NCBI GenBank assembly: GCA_024679065.1
Contig: JAGIQG010000004.1
Location: 50,220,001-50,284,000, forward strand
Reading direction: 5' to 3'
Length of the DNA: 64,000 bases
DNA from: Sphyrna mokarran
Taxonomy: Eukaryota
The notes beneath the pieces were generated by a model. That model saw nothing but the letters and a program-made list of their open reading frames with translations, ran no database searches and was not told where the DNA came from. The position numbers and the translations under genes are program-made. Below, one piece after another: positions 1 through 13,272 of this stretch (the stretch's first letter is position 1; each line of letters opens with the position of its first letter).

Positions 1-610
1 GCAGGAAAGGATGTCCCAAAGTATGGTACATTGGGGAAATCATGCAGACGCTACGACAACGGATGAATGAACACTGTTCGACAACCACCAGACACGGGTG
101 TTCTCTTCCAGTTGGGGAACACTTTAGCAGTCATGGGCATTCAGCCTCTGATCTTTGTGTAAGTGTTCCCCAAGGCAGCCTTTATGACACACAACAGCAC
201 AGAGTCACTGAGCAGAGACTGATAGATAAGTTGCACACACATGAGGATGGCCTCAACCAGGATCTTGGGTTCATGACACACTACTATAACCCCCATGATT
301 TGCCTGGGCTTGCAAAATTTCACTAACTAGCCTGTTTGGAGACAGTACATATCTCTTTAACCTGTGCTTAACCCTCTCTCCACTCACATTGTCTGTACCT
401 TTAAGACTTCATTACCTGTAAAGACTTGCATTCCAACCATTATTTTGTAAATTGAGTTGTGTCTTTATATGCCCTCTTTGTGAACAGAATTCCTACTTCC
501 TGAATGAAGAAGCAGTGCTCTGAAAGCTACTGGCTTCTGCTACTAAATAAACCTATTGGACTTTAATCTGGTGTTGTGAGACTTCTTACTGTGCCAGCAT
601 CTCCACATCA
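1..610 (+). mobile_element. Penelope-like retroelement 3' part (GIY-YIG endonuclease C-terminus and 3' UTR)
   Basis: WYIGE.MQTLRQRMNEH..SLPVGEHFSSHGH; same family as 32957-34556; degenerate hammerhead at ~497-533. Confidence 0.9.
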
Positions 611-654
611 CAGATATCTCCACCCAGGGCCCTGCATACACTCTATATAGATAT

Positions 655-995
655 CCCATATCTCTCTCTTAACCTATGCATAATGCTCTTTTCACTTACA
701 TTGTCAGTATCTTTAAGACTTGAATAGGAGGTTAGTTGTAAAGATTTGCATTCTAATCTGTAATCTGTAAACTGTCTGTGCTGTTATATGCTCTGTCTGA
801 GGCCAGACTTCTTCATTCACCTGACAAAGGAGCAAACACCAAAAGCTTGTGAGATTACTATCAAATAAATTGGTTGGACTTAAACATGGTGTTGTCAGAT
901 TTCTTACCAGGTATCTCCATCCAGGGCCCTTCACACACTCTGTGCAGGTATCTCCAATAAGAAGTCTCACAACACTGGGTTAAAGTCCAACAAGT
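655..995. mobile_element. Penelope 3' UTR fragment (+) and inverted terminal fragment (-)
   Basis: Similar to 350-600; 958-993 is the reverse complement of the terminal motif. Confidence 0.7.
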
Positions 996-1194
996 ATATA
1001 GAACAAAGGAACAAAGAACAACACAGCAGAGAAAAAAGGCCCTTTGACCTAACAAGCCAGCACCGTCATTTTAACATTCAGTGAATGCCTCATTCCAATC
1101 CTTCTTCTACCTATGACTTATGCCTACGCCTCTAGGATTCCACAATAAAAGTGTGCAAATTTACAGAATTATTTATGTGTACCAGATTGAGGGA

Positions 1195-1400
1195 GGCCTA
1201 ATTTAGGGACAATTTGTTAACATCAATCAGCCTAAAAGCACATTTTTGGGGTGTGGGAGGAAACTGGAGCATCGGAGAAAACCCATGCAAGCACAGGGAG
1301 AATGTGCATACTCCTGCAGACACCAACTCAAGTCGATCCAACCCAGGTCCGTGTATCTGCACAGCAAACAGTGATAGTCACTGAGCTGTTGTGTTGCCTG
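1195..1400 (-). mobile_element. HE1-like V-SINE, decayed
   Basis: gggaggaaactggagcatcggagaaaaccca V-domain core. Confidence 0.75.
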
Positions 1401-1539
1401 TCAGTTGGTCCAGTTTAAGCATACACTAACAATGTGAAGCACTAGGCAATTCTGGAAGCAACATCCAAGAGCACTCTCACACAACCCACCATATGTATGG
1501 CCCTTGCTGGCCAATAAGGCGGACCAAATCACCTGTGGA

Positions 1540-1744
1540 ATTTGATAGTAAACCCACTAGCTTTCAGAGTTTGCCCTGTTGTCAGATGAGTGGAGAGTGG
1601 AGAGAGAACGCTCCACTCACTTGACGAAGGAGCAAATTCTGAAAGCTTGTGGGTTTACTATCAAATAAACTTGTTGGACTTTAACCTGGTGTTGTGAGTT
1701 TTTTTTACTGTGTTTACACCAGTCCAATGCCAGCATCTCCACAT
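1540..1744. mobile_element. Fold-back Penelope terminal fragment
   Basis: Inverted arms 1540-1595 and 1611-1666 followed by the family 3' end ...ccagcatctccacat. Confidence 0.75.
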
Positions 1745-3919
1745 TAGGTATCCTCACCCAGAGTCCTTCACACTCTCTATATAGGTTTCTCCACCCAAAG
1801 CCCTGCTCTGTACTTACTCTGTACAGGTATCTCCACCCAGGGCCTTTCACACATTCTGTACAGTATCTCCACCCACTCCATGTACTCTGATTCTCGCAGG
1901 CTGAAAAACAGCAAGATTTAATTTCAGTTTGGTGTGATTAACGTTTTCTGTTTTAAATTAAAATACTTTAGCCAAAGTATACTTTTACTTTGTCTCAGTT
2001 CTGTTTTCTGTTCAGTGTTTCATCTGTCCTGATTTGGCAGAATATGCATTCAACTTTTGGTGACCCAGTAGTCATTGCAGACTAAAAATCACCCATTCAG
2101 AATCAGTATAATCCACCTTCTCCAATTCCATGTTACCCCCATCCCCCCACAATCTGTTATGATTTACAAGGTGCAGATGGCGTAACCACGCACCTTCCTT
2201 TACCCCATAATTTACCCTTGTGCCTTGCACCATCTCAATATCCGAGAGCTACCTCCTGGCCAGGCAGTGATGTGGGAGGCTGAAGATCATGAGCAAGGAG
2301 ATATTGATGAGGAAGAATTACTCTCACTCCATCTGACATACAGTCGCCAGCTCAGAGACAGATACTAAACATAGTTTGACGGGTGACATGAAACAGGATC
2401 TGTACATGGAGAATCACAGGGCAGCTCAAGCAGAAGGAAAGGACTGTATGGGCTGCTGCTCCAAGGAGGGTGAAGTGGTAGATTGGCTCTGTTACCAAGT
2501 TCTCAGGTGGAAGCTTCAGTGTAATGAAACACAGAAAAAGGTTGATTTACGTTCAAACTGAAATGCTTGGTACATTGGCAGGCCTGCCAGAAAGTCTGTT
2601 GTTACATATGGAGTACAGAGGAGACAGGCTCCTACTTGGCACAAGGACTTGTACAGAACATGAACTCTGTCCTTTCCAATCTGGAGGTTGTGATGATACA
2701 GTGCCTTTACGAAATGTATTTATGTCATGTTTCTTGTGAAGGGACTGTTTTATACTCCAACTCTGATTACAATGCTGATAGTCTACAAATAGCAGCACAT
2801 CTGTGATCCTGCAGAAGGTTAATTACTCCTAATTATTGGAGTGTTTGTTTTAATCTAGGCTCAAGCATTACTGTTATTCTTCTAGTGCTCCCTGGGGGTT
2901 CAGAGTACGGTGTAATTAGCTTAATTGACACAAATGTGAGTGGGTGGATCTTGGCTGACAGGAAGTATAAAAGTAGGCAATTTGTTTGAATTTGAATGGA
3001 GCAGTAATTCATTGCTTTCCCTCCTTGCTTTCAAAGAGATATATCTCTCCAGAAGTTTGCAAAAGGCAAGTATTGTTTTCTCCCTCTCCTTCTTTCTAGA
3101 GACTGCTGTTTGAGAGGCAGAAGACAGATATCTCCTCAGAGATATTAAAAGGCTGGAAGACTTGCAAATCAAGTAAGCTATATTTTTGGTAACTGATTCT
3201 TAAGAGAAATTTATTTATTTAATGAATATTACTTAAATTGGAACAATTAGAGTTAGCTAATAGCTAATTATACCTTGTTATGTTTAAATATTTCAATTGG
3301 TAAAATTTGTACAAATCTTTTTGGTATAGTTAAACTGTATTATTAAATGAAGTTTGTTTGAGTAAACTTCCCAGTGGGTCAATAGAATCATACCTGAAGC
3401 AAAACATCTTATGCTCACACTAAAGCCAAAATAGTTGGGGTCTAGGCTAACTTCATAGCATACCTTGGACTTTTTGCCCTGTTCCTAACAGGGTGGTGGC
3501 TGAAATGACTTAATTATGTTAAGGGTTGTGGGTTTTAAACAAAAAGAAAAGGACATGCATTCAGACTAACAACAATAGATTTATTTCAGGAGCTGTTGAC
3601 TGAACAGTGATCCTGAAATTAAATAGGATTCTAATGACATTGCCATCAAATTATGTGATTGGCTCTTAAAATAATCATGCAACTACTTAGTGGTTTAAAG
3701 ATATAAAATCAAGTTTAACAGAAAAGAGGGTGAATGTTTAATGGGAGTTTCTTAAGGTAGAATAGGGGTGTTTCATCAAAGATGGGAATGTCATTGTGCA
3801 TTCTAGTTAAAATGTGTGACATGGTTGTGCAAAGTAGTGAATCAACCTCAAAATTGGAGGAGTAGTTCTGAACACAAAGCACACTGATTTGACTAAATTG
3901 GTGGGAGAGAGTACTCCTC

Positions 3920-5760
3920 AGTTCTCTTTACCAGGAGATAAGGTAATGGTGAAACTCATGACAGACAAAAAGGGGCTAGTAACTCACTGGGAAAGGCCTT
4001 TTTCTGTGCTGGTTACAAGGTAAAAATATCCTAATTGTTGAGAAGTGTTGCCCATGCTGGACTCAGTTAAAGCTGTAGTTCAGTGGTAAGCCTCAAGGTA
4101 GTGAACCTGACAGTGATTATAATAGTTAAAGTAGAGAAAATCTGATTAGATGGAATTTATTCTGATTGCTAATTTTAAGGCTGTGAGGTCATCAATGTTG
4201 TATTGTAGATTATTGCCAGCAGAAGAAATCTGGAGCTCTATTACAACTCCAATCAAGTGCAGCCTGACATTCCCCATCAGAAGCAAGTCAAGTTGCAAGT
4301 GTGTGGTGCAGTGATTATGCAAGTTTTGTAAACAAGCTGTGTTATTACCTGACATTGATCAACAATTGTGTTTGATTGTAAGACAGAAGTTAGAGACTGC
4401 TATAATGAATGCACATGATTATATCTTTACAGAATGAATGTACAGATTTTGACTCAGGTGAGACCAGCACCTGAGGTCCTTCATTGTTCCCCTTGAGAGA
4501 AATGTGTTAATACTTGTGTATGACACTCACACTTTGACCAGTCAGGCAAAGTGTTGGGTATGTTTGCACATCTCCATACATCCAGGAGGGGAAAATACCT
4601 TTACAGCCAATGGCCATGACATGGTCAAAATTGGTAAAGGTGAGTCAAACAGCACAGAATTCCAAGTATCCTGGACATCCGATACCAGGATTCATCAGTA
4701 GAGAAGTAAGGAAAGAATTTCAGTAACATTGAGTCTTGTGCAGGGAGATTAGGTCATATAAACATATCTATAACATGGGAACCCAGCTCCTAGTTTAGTT
4801 TTTAAAACAGCCAACCCCAAAACCAAAAGGGAAATATTGTGCTAGAAATATGAGAGGCCAACAAGAAAACTTAGGCATGAATGATTGCGACCACATGGTA
4901 GATCAAGCCACTCAGCAATATCTTGAGTCCATCCAATAATGACCAATCTTACAATATTTCTCATTGTTTTAGAGGAGGCAACATTTATCCAACTCCCAAT
5001 AGAACATATTGGATTTGTGGGGATAGGATATATCCTTGGCTTCCTGTGAAATGGAAGAGGTCATGTTATGTTGGATATGTAATCCCATACATATCAGACT
5101 CAAACTCTCTCTCCTGCCAAGACATCAACAAGCTACTAAGAAACAGAATGGTTCCATGGCATATTGTTTCTCCAATATGAAGTAACTAAAGCAGTGTATG
5201 AAATTCTGGGTCTGCACTCCATTTTGGAACGAGTCACCACTAATACAGCAACTGCTCTTGCTAGGATAAATGATGAGATGATAGCCATGCGTACAGTGAT
5301 ACTTAAACACAGGTTGGCATTGGATTATTTCTTGGTCGCAAGAGATGGGACTTGTGCAGTAATTGGATCTGAGTGTTGCAAGTATATACCAGATACTTCA
5401 GAAAACTTAATTGATTTGATTAGTCATATCTGGAAAGTGATAGAGAAACTCAAAGACCCTGAACCATTTACCTTAGCTGATTGGCTAGCTCCTTGGGATC
5501 ATCAATCCTATAAGGGATTGCAATATCCTTCATGGTGATCTTGGTACAGATGGTTCTTAATGTAATTAAGTGTGCCTGTGCAAGGTTGTCCAAGTCCACA
5601 AAAGGGATGGTACCTGTGATGGCATTAAGGTGAGCAAGCATAACACAAAGGGACTAATTGTTCTTCAAGACACAGAAACAAACATTAGGACTTCTATTTA
5701 GTGGCCTAATGTTGGGCTACAGCTAAGGGCCAAAAGCAGGGATAATGGGGGCAGTATAGA
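3920..5760 (+). mobile_element. Second ERV remnant: integrase C-terminus, env and PPT-like tract
   Basis: PGDKVMVK near 3930; CWVCLHISIH at ~4550; YWICG..YPWLP..W..SCYVG at ~5005; ORF 5164-5538 with LKHRLALDYFLVARDGTCAVIGSECCKYIPD; purine tract at ~5731-5744. Confidence 0.85.
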
Positions 5761-7614
5761 ATTCTTAGTATGGGGCCCTTCATTTTAGTTTTACTATATA
5801 AGTAGATTCGGTTATAGTAATTATAAAGTGCCTTATAGTGAGAATTCACAATGTGCCTAGTACAAAATACAAAAGTATTATAAACTGCATAACCACAAAT
5901 TAACCAAGTACTATTAGGTTTTCAATTTATATGTATTGTCACCTTGCTGACTTTGTTCTGAATGCAGCATGATGAGAAACAGTGATAGACAAGCCAAATT
6001 CTTCCAACACAATGGAGAACAAAGGCAATTTCTCTATCTTTGGGTATGCAAAAACAGATTTAATCATAGGCCTGGTGATTAAGGCAGTAAATCCCTTCGT
6101 GGCTAGTGAGGCTGGAGCAGTCTCTAGCTGCTTTCCAGCGAGAGTGACTCCTTTTGCCAAATAAAAATCAGATATTAACTATAGCCTTGGACACTGAAAA
6201 TGATGTGGGTTTGGTTTCATTGGTAATGGAGGAGGAACCTACATGGCAAGAATCTAATAATCTCCTATTCCTGTTGACAGGTGAATCATTATTGGCAAAG
6301 GTGATGTCTAATATTGTGATTGGGGCCCTCCAGTCTGATTGACAAGACTGGATGAGACTTTGAAACGTTCAGAATAATATAATAAATATACATTGCAATG
6401 TTAGCTCAGGGGATAGGCAATCCTCAATGACTGTCTTTCTTCTGATACATGCATTAGCAAGTAAATTCTTTTTCATTCTTAACTACATACTGTCTTTCAC
6501 AGTCTGTGTATTGGTTGAGTAAGGTCAACTATATACAGGGCACCCCAGGGGGACACTTCAGAAAATCATTCATACAGGATATCACTGGGATCTTTTCAGA
6601 AATGGACAAGCCCTTAATTAGAGACAAGCATGGCAGATGTCTGCAGACAACTGGCCTTATGGAGGTGCTGGGGGGGGGGGGGGGTCTCCTACACCCCCTC
6701 CCCCCCACTCCTACACTCTCTGCAGCTACAGCTATTAGTGGCTCACAGATGCTGCCATTGGCCACATTGTGGAGAGGTTTCTAACAAAAGGCAGCACCTG
6801 AGACTCAGGTTGGGGAGGAGGTACTGGGGGAAGTGGTGCAGAGGGAAATGTTTTGAGAGAAAAGCCCCCACATCAATCTACCCTTTCTCCATCTTCCCCC
6901 TCATGATCCACCCACATTTCCCTGAGCCAGGAGCTGGAGAACTCTTTGAACTTTAGTGACTTCCTGGACTATCAAAAGGAAACTTTCCTTTTCCTATTTA
7001 AGGATGCAGTCTGGATATGGAGGCTCAAATATATTCTTTACTGTGATTCATACTCTATTCAGGGGGCCATTCACCCTATGGACAGGCATCAGTGGAAAGG
7101 CTTTGAGACACCATGGCACTCGTGTTAGAGATGAAATCCTCCAGTCTCTCTCCATTCATATTTAGAGCTGATGGCAAAGATGGAGAACCTCAGTTATTTT
7201 CTGAATTGTCCTGTTCATCAATAACACCACTCCCTGCTCCACCCTCCAGGTGGGCAAAGCTTAGTGGCTCCTTCACTCTCCAATGGGGATTCTCCAGAGC
7301 TCTCCTTGTCTCCACTACCTGCTCCCTGTCATTGCTTCATCAAGGTGAGCTGCATGTATGTGTGACTCCCATAACAATGTTTGCTGAGTGACCTGTATCA
7401 TATAGGACTTCTTCTACAGAGAAGATATGGATTCAAACTGAGAAGGTGACAAGGCCATCGTTGTGCAGATTATCATCTCTCAGTGGCTGTCAACATCATT
7501 AACATGAGTAAGTGTCTGGATGGGTGATGTATAGTTTTGACCACCAGAAAGCTGGGATATCTTCATCTTTAATGGACAGACATGTTGGTATCTAGCCTAT
7601 GTATAGTGCCGCTT

Positions 7615-7771
7615 CATAAGAACATGGAGTAGGCCTTCGAGCCTGCCCCCACCATTCAGTAAGATCATTGCTGATCTGAAGTAGATCAGTTCCACTTTCT
7701 CTCCATAACTGTAACTCCCTTGTCTATCAGAAATCTATCTATCCATGACTTGTATATATTCAACAAGGTAG
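7615..7771 (-). mobile_element. CR1-like LINE 3' end, left piece split by the ERV
   Basis: cataagaacatggagtaggcc..ccattc.. 3'-end signature; sequence continues at 13273. Confidence 0.75.
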
Positions 7772-8298
7772 TGTTATAGTGTATGAACAAAGCAGTTGCA
7801 TAATGGGGAAAAATAGTCAAGTAATTTGTATAAAAGAGCTGACCAAGCTATTCCAAATTGCCAGACCCCTGTAAAACTGACTCAGATTAACCTAAGACAT
7901 GACAAAACATCAGAAGGTCAAGACCTGATCAGGCTGACTCCATCTAAATTAGGGTTGGAGTGAAGCAAGATGGTCAGAGTCACAGAACCTTTTTGTTTCT
8001 TCAAAAGACAAGATAATGACATTATTGATGAGACAGGGATCTCGGAGATCACTGGATGCTAATACAATTGATGATGTATTACTAATTGAACATGTACACT
8101 GATAAGAAAAAGGTATAACTATGGAATGATTCTTGTAGCTGGTGCAGTCTTAGGATAGAATCAGCTGGACTGCTCTCTGTCTTCAAGACTCTGCCATATA
8201 CTGCATGCAGTTTTGTGATAATAAAGTTGTTGTTTTTGCAAAGCAAACTTTGTTTAGTTTTATTATCGCACTCAGAAAACAAGAAATTCTCCACTACA
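7772..8298 (+). repeat. 5' LTR (527 bp)
   Basis: TGT...ACA termini, colinear with 12697-13268, AATAAA near 8220. Confidence 0.9.
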
Positions 8299-10379
8299 AT
8301 ATCTGGTGCTGCGAGAGCAGAAACCAATATCCTGGGTGAATTCTGTGGGGGACTGAAGAAGTGACCGAGCCACGACCTGAAGAAGAGACGGATGCTGGCA
8401 TGAGATAAGATTTGTCTTGGTCTATCTCTTTATCTCGGATCAGTGCTGTGACCCTTCATCCCTTATGGAGGACACTGACAGGTGACTGTATTCGAACCTA
8501 AATTATATTGTGCATAGTGACCCCCTTGATCTCATGTGGATTTGAATCAAGGTTACATAAGTTTATTTGGGCAAGGAACCCCTTGATCTTGTGCAGATTC
8601 AGATCAGGGTTATACAGACTTAGGGGTCAGGGACCCTGTGATTTGATTCTGGTACTACTTTGGGTCAGGGATCCTGCAATTTGATTTTGCTACCAGGAAA
8701 TTTTATTACCATTTTTGCCAGGGACACGGTATACTGACATTATGGGACAGATTCCTAGACAAGACACAGGTATTATCTGGTACATGACTGTTTGGAGAAG
8801 AAGGGGAATTTATCACAACAGGAGGCACCCAAATCAAACTTGGCCAGCTTTATTAGAGGCCAGTGAGCTCCCATCAGTAAAGAAACAAGCAGGCTGACTC
8901 CATATGGTAGAGAGAGGGCGTAATTTGATCGAGAGCCTGGTGTAATAGGGTATAGCCAATCGAAGTGAATTGCTTCAAGTTTAATAACTTGCATACAGAT
9001 CAGACAGATTTGAGTTCTGCCATTTAGGAAAGGTGGCATTACATTACATCTGAAAAGTTATAAGGACAGTTAACCATTTAGGCACACAGTAGATTTGATT
9101 TTGTACTTGGCCTGTGTTGGTTACAAAGGCAGAGCGGTGGAAATTAATCAGATTGCTGCACATTAGAATGCTTTCAGTATTTCTTTGTGCATCTGTGCTC
9201 CAAGTGATAAGATCCAGTTGTGTGCTCTTGTAAAATGTTTTGTTTTAATGTGCAAGGGTCTTAATTTAGTAGGGATATTTAAAGATGATAAAAATAGATC
9301 TTATTTTGGATTTTCTGGATCAGGCTTTTGTAAATTTAAAAATCTATTCTAGATAGGAATAATTCTTTCATTGTCAGTTCTAAGTGTTTGAAGAGTCCAT
9401 CTGAGTGAACTTACACCCCTGCCCTTCTGCTGTAATGAGCAGAGAATTAACCCATTCTGTCCCAGACAGCATAGATCTTAGTGTTTATAAGATTTGCAGT
9501 AATTTTAGGACAAAGTCAAAATTTTTAAAAAATCTAACAGAAGAGGGAGTTACATAAGATAGAATAGGAGCACATGTTTAAACATGTGCAATTAGTGAAT
9601 CAAACAAACCTGGAGTAGAGCTCATCATAAAGCGCACCCTGTTGTAATAATTTTTATATTTCAGTGTCTTCATGTGGTTTGGTCATTTGTTTGTTTTTGT
9701 GGAGTATTTATTGCAAACATTAAATGCAATGCTTTATATTTCAGTTTAACTTCAAAGGGGCTGAGAAATTGTGAAAACTGTTAAAGTATAAGATTTTTTG
9801 AGTATAATTACAGTTTAGAAGAAAGATGACTTTACCCAAATGCATGTTGGAAGCTACCATGTATGTTTCATAGTGGTTGCATGGATATTTTCTTATTTGC
9901 TTTAATGTTTTTCCCCTAATTGTGATATTACAACAGTGGGTTTGGTAGAGTTAAAATGAAAATTGGAAAGTAAATTAAAGTTTAAGAAATGATATTGACT
10001 TGAGGGAACTACGTGCTCTTTCCTTTGTCTTGAAGTAGAAATTATGCGAGAGTTAATTGAGAAGTTAAGGAATAAGTAACTTCACGGAGAGATTAGGCTA
10101 GGTACCACGAACAATCATTAAGTTGGAGGGATAATGCACATTGAAGAGGGATTGAGGCATGTGTAGATGGCAAGTTGAAGGATTGGGAAACTTTGAAATT
10201 GGGAAATGAAACGTGATGAGATGAAAAGACAAGTAGAGGGCATGAAGCCATTGGCTGATAGGCAGGTTGGGCTAGCTCATCAGAGTAAACAGGAGGATCC
10301 TCCCAGTTGCCCTGGCATGCTGCTGTTTCCCTATTCAGGCAATACAGAGGAAAAGGAGGAGTTGACCCCTAGACCTCTC

Positions 10380-11660
10380 CTTTGGGTTAAAAATCTCCTT
10401 GATGCTGTTCAGCTTCCTTGCCAATTGGCTGTTATTAAATGTGTTGCACATACAAAAGGGGACACTTCTTGCAATTAGGGAATGCCTGGGCTGATTCAGC
10501 TGCCAAGGCAGCAGCTATATTGGCCTCTGTTCCCACTGGAGGTAATCAGGCTCTAAATTGGGTACCTGCATTAGGGACAAAGAGTATGCCAGAGATAACT
10601 GAGCCTCAATGTTTACAGAGGGACACCTCTGATTCTGAGCACACAATGGAAGTCAATGGTATTCATACTCCTGGGCATGGGACCTCTGGCTTGCTTCAAT
10701 TAAGTTTGTATTCTGGATTCTTTATTACCAGTACTTATTGACTATTTTTATTCTTGTATCCACCTTGGCAAGGAGGGAATGGGACAGCTACTTCTAAACT
10801 TGGTGGCACACAGAGTTGAATACAGCAGCACAAACGCAGCTGGATCGATGCTTCAATTTGCATGAGAAATAATAAGGGTAAAGGAATTAAATGCCCTGTT
10901 GAAACCACTTCCTTGCCAGATGGCCCTTTTACCTGTATACAACTTTATTGAATTACCAAAAGTACATTGCTATAAATATTGAGTAAATGGATTGAAGCCT
11001 TCCCCACCAGGAATTGTACTGCACATAGTGGTGAAATTGTTGTTGACAGAAGTTATTCCCCATTGAGGTCTCCAAAATGGTGAGCTCAGATTAATACCAA
11101 ATTACACAGTACTCAATCAAACAACAACTGCAATGCACATATCCCCCACAGCCAGCAGGAATTGTGGAAAGGGCTAATGGAACTTTAAAAGAAAAATAAG
11201 CTAAATTGACTGAAGAAACTGGATTAGATTGGCTAAAGGTATTGTCCTTGGCACTGTTTCACATGCGAGTGATTTCCCCATTCACAGACCAGACTGGCAG
11301 CTGCAAAGATAGTCTACGGTCAGTCAATAAGGACTCCCTGGAATGCCCATAAAAAACCACTAGAGGGAGTATATCTCCAGGTAGTGGGGGAACAGTTGCA
11401 GAATTATTTGAAGCAATTAACACTTTCTTTGAAGTTTCTCCACTCCCTGGTGAAACAAGCACATCTTCCCAACAGCAGGGACAGCCACCTCTTGACATCC
11501 CATGATCAAACCCAAAGACTACATATTGGTAAAGAATTGGGATAGAAAGAAACTAGGACAAAGCTGAAGCAGACCTTTTCAACTACTACTGACCATGATG
11601 ACTTCTGTCAATCTTGAAGGGTGTCCAAGTTGGATACATTCTTCTGATTAGTAGAAGATT
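10380..11660 (+). pseudogene. ERV pol remnant (RNase H C-terminus and integrase)
   Basis: LLDAVQLPCQLAVIKCVAHTKG..GNAWADSAAKAAA; WIEAFPT; YPPQPAGIVERANGTLKEK; multiple stops and frameshifts. Confidence 0.85.
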
Positions 11661-11679
11661 GTCTCCAACACAGGATGAG

Positions 11680-12640
11680 GATCTTCATATTTTGAATATT
11701 TGGACTTAATGGACACATGGTAGTCAAAAGTCAAGCTACCCAAAGACTGCATGCTAATACTTCATATATGTATGCTGAAAAATTGAATATAAGCAGAGTT
11801 GGGTTTGTACCCATATCCCCATCCATTCAAAAGGAGGAATACCTCTCTAACCCCTCCCATTCCATTTACCAGAGACAGTGGAATGGATTTTGTCAAAATC
11901 GAACAGGAATTGGGGGAGATGTGATAAAATGGAAATCAGCTGGCTACAAAATGACTAGGTTTTCAGCTTGGTACCAGCCTGTTGCTGGTAATTGTCTTGT
12001 TTCCAACCTCCTTTATTATCCCCTCAAATGATGTTCAAGGTTCCCTATGTTTTAGTAAACCAGGGAAAGGAAAGTTGATGGGGCAATGTAAATGCAACCT
12101 TATAGCTGAGTGGCAAGGATCAGTAGCAAATCTATCTAACAAGTTTGTTTGTTCTTTATTGGTCCAAGGTATGGAATATAACCTCCAAATAGCTCATGGG
12201 CACATACACTCCCAATACCCTGGATGACATTGGCTGATGATTTTACTGTCTATAATAGAAAAACTGGCAAACATAACAGCAGCAGAAGCCAGGACAACTG
12301 GATAGGCACTGGCTGAGGTCTCAGCTGAGCTGGTGGCTGTTTGGACTGTGGCACTACAAAATCAAATGGCTTTGGACTATCTATTAGCCCTGCAGGGAGG
12401 AATGTGTGCTATTGCAGGTCAGGCATGCTGCAATTATATCACAGACCTCAAAGTATCACCAACTTGGCTTCTTACATCAAGAGGCAGGCTAATCTGCTTC
12501 AGGAGGTTGGCCAGGAATTTCATGACTATAGCCCACTGCATTGGTTAGGTCACAGATTATTTGATTGGATCTTTAAGGCTTTTTGCTACTATTACTGTTA
12601 CTTGGGATAGGATTGCTTGTTTGCTTATGTAGATGCATTA
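11680..12640 (+). pseudogene. ERV env remnant, gamma-type
   Basis: Frameshifted (C)WVCTHIPIH SU motif; immunosuppressive domain and CX6CC in ALQNQMALDYLLALQGGMCAIAGQACCNYI. Confidence 0.88.
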
Positions 12641-12696
12641 TTGAGTCACAGATATATCTATTTAGTTAGATGTCATGATGTGACAAAAGGAGGGAA

Positions 12697-13268
12697 TATG
12701 ATAGTGTATGAATGAAGCAGTGGCATGATGGGAAACATGGTCAAGTAATTGCTATAAAGGATAGCTGACCAAGCTATTCCAAATTGCTAGATCCCTATAA
12801 AACTGAGTCAATAACCTAAGACATGACAAACATCAGAAGGTCAAGACCTGATAATGCTGACTCCACGTATCTTAGGGCTGGAGGAGTAAGGCAAGAGAAG
12901 ATGGGAGTCACTGAACCTTCCATTATATCAGAAAACAAGATATGGTCAGATCATGGAACCTTTTTGTTCTTTGAAAGAACAAGACAATGATTGATGAAAT
13001 AGATGGCTTTGAGGTCACAGGATGCTAATACAAATGATGTATTAATAATTGAACATATACCTTTTTCTTATCAGTGTACAACTATGGAACTGATTCTTGT
13101 AGCTGGTGTGGGTTTGGTATAGAATCAGCAGTTTGTGGGGACTGCTCTGTCTCCAAGACTCTGCCATATACTGCATGCAGTTTTGTGATAATAAAAGTTA
13201 TTGTTTTTGCAAAGCAAATTTTGTTTAGTTTTACTATCACAGCTCAGAACAAGAAATTCTCTACAACA
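12697..13268 (+). repeat. 3' LTR (572 bp)
   Basis: Follows the PPT, ends ACA, followed by the TSD. Confidence 0.9.
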
Positions 13269-13272
13269 GTAG

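Larger units (their letters stand above)
612..1875 (+). repeat. Interrupted ~37-bp minisatellite (aggtatctccacccagggcccttcacacactctgtac)
   Basis: Units at ~612-655, ~909-957 and three to four units at ~1747-1875, separated by TE insertions. Confidence 0.7.
7772..13268 (+). mobile_element. Class I (gamma/epsilon-like) endogenous retrovirus, two LTRs, internally deleted and decayed
   Basis: LTRs 7772-8298 and 12697-13268; GTAG TSD at 7768-7771 and 13269-13272; PBS-like TGGTGC at 8304; PPT AAAAGGAGGGAA at 12685-12696; RNase H, integrase and env remnants. Confidence 0.93.

Noticed and set aside
612-1875. CRISPR-like array of ~37-bp repeats
   Set aside because: Eukaryotic context; the repeats are degenerate and tandem or separated by TE fragments, not by uniform spacers.
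2802-3490. Possible solo LTR (TG...CA with a TATA-like motif)
   Set aside because: No TSD and no second copy in the window.
6667-6707. G16 run followed by C-rich tract (hairpin or G-quadruplex)
   Set aside because: Low complexity and homopolymer length is unreliable; no supporting context.
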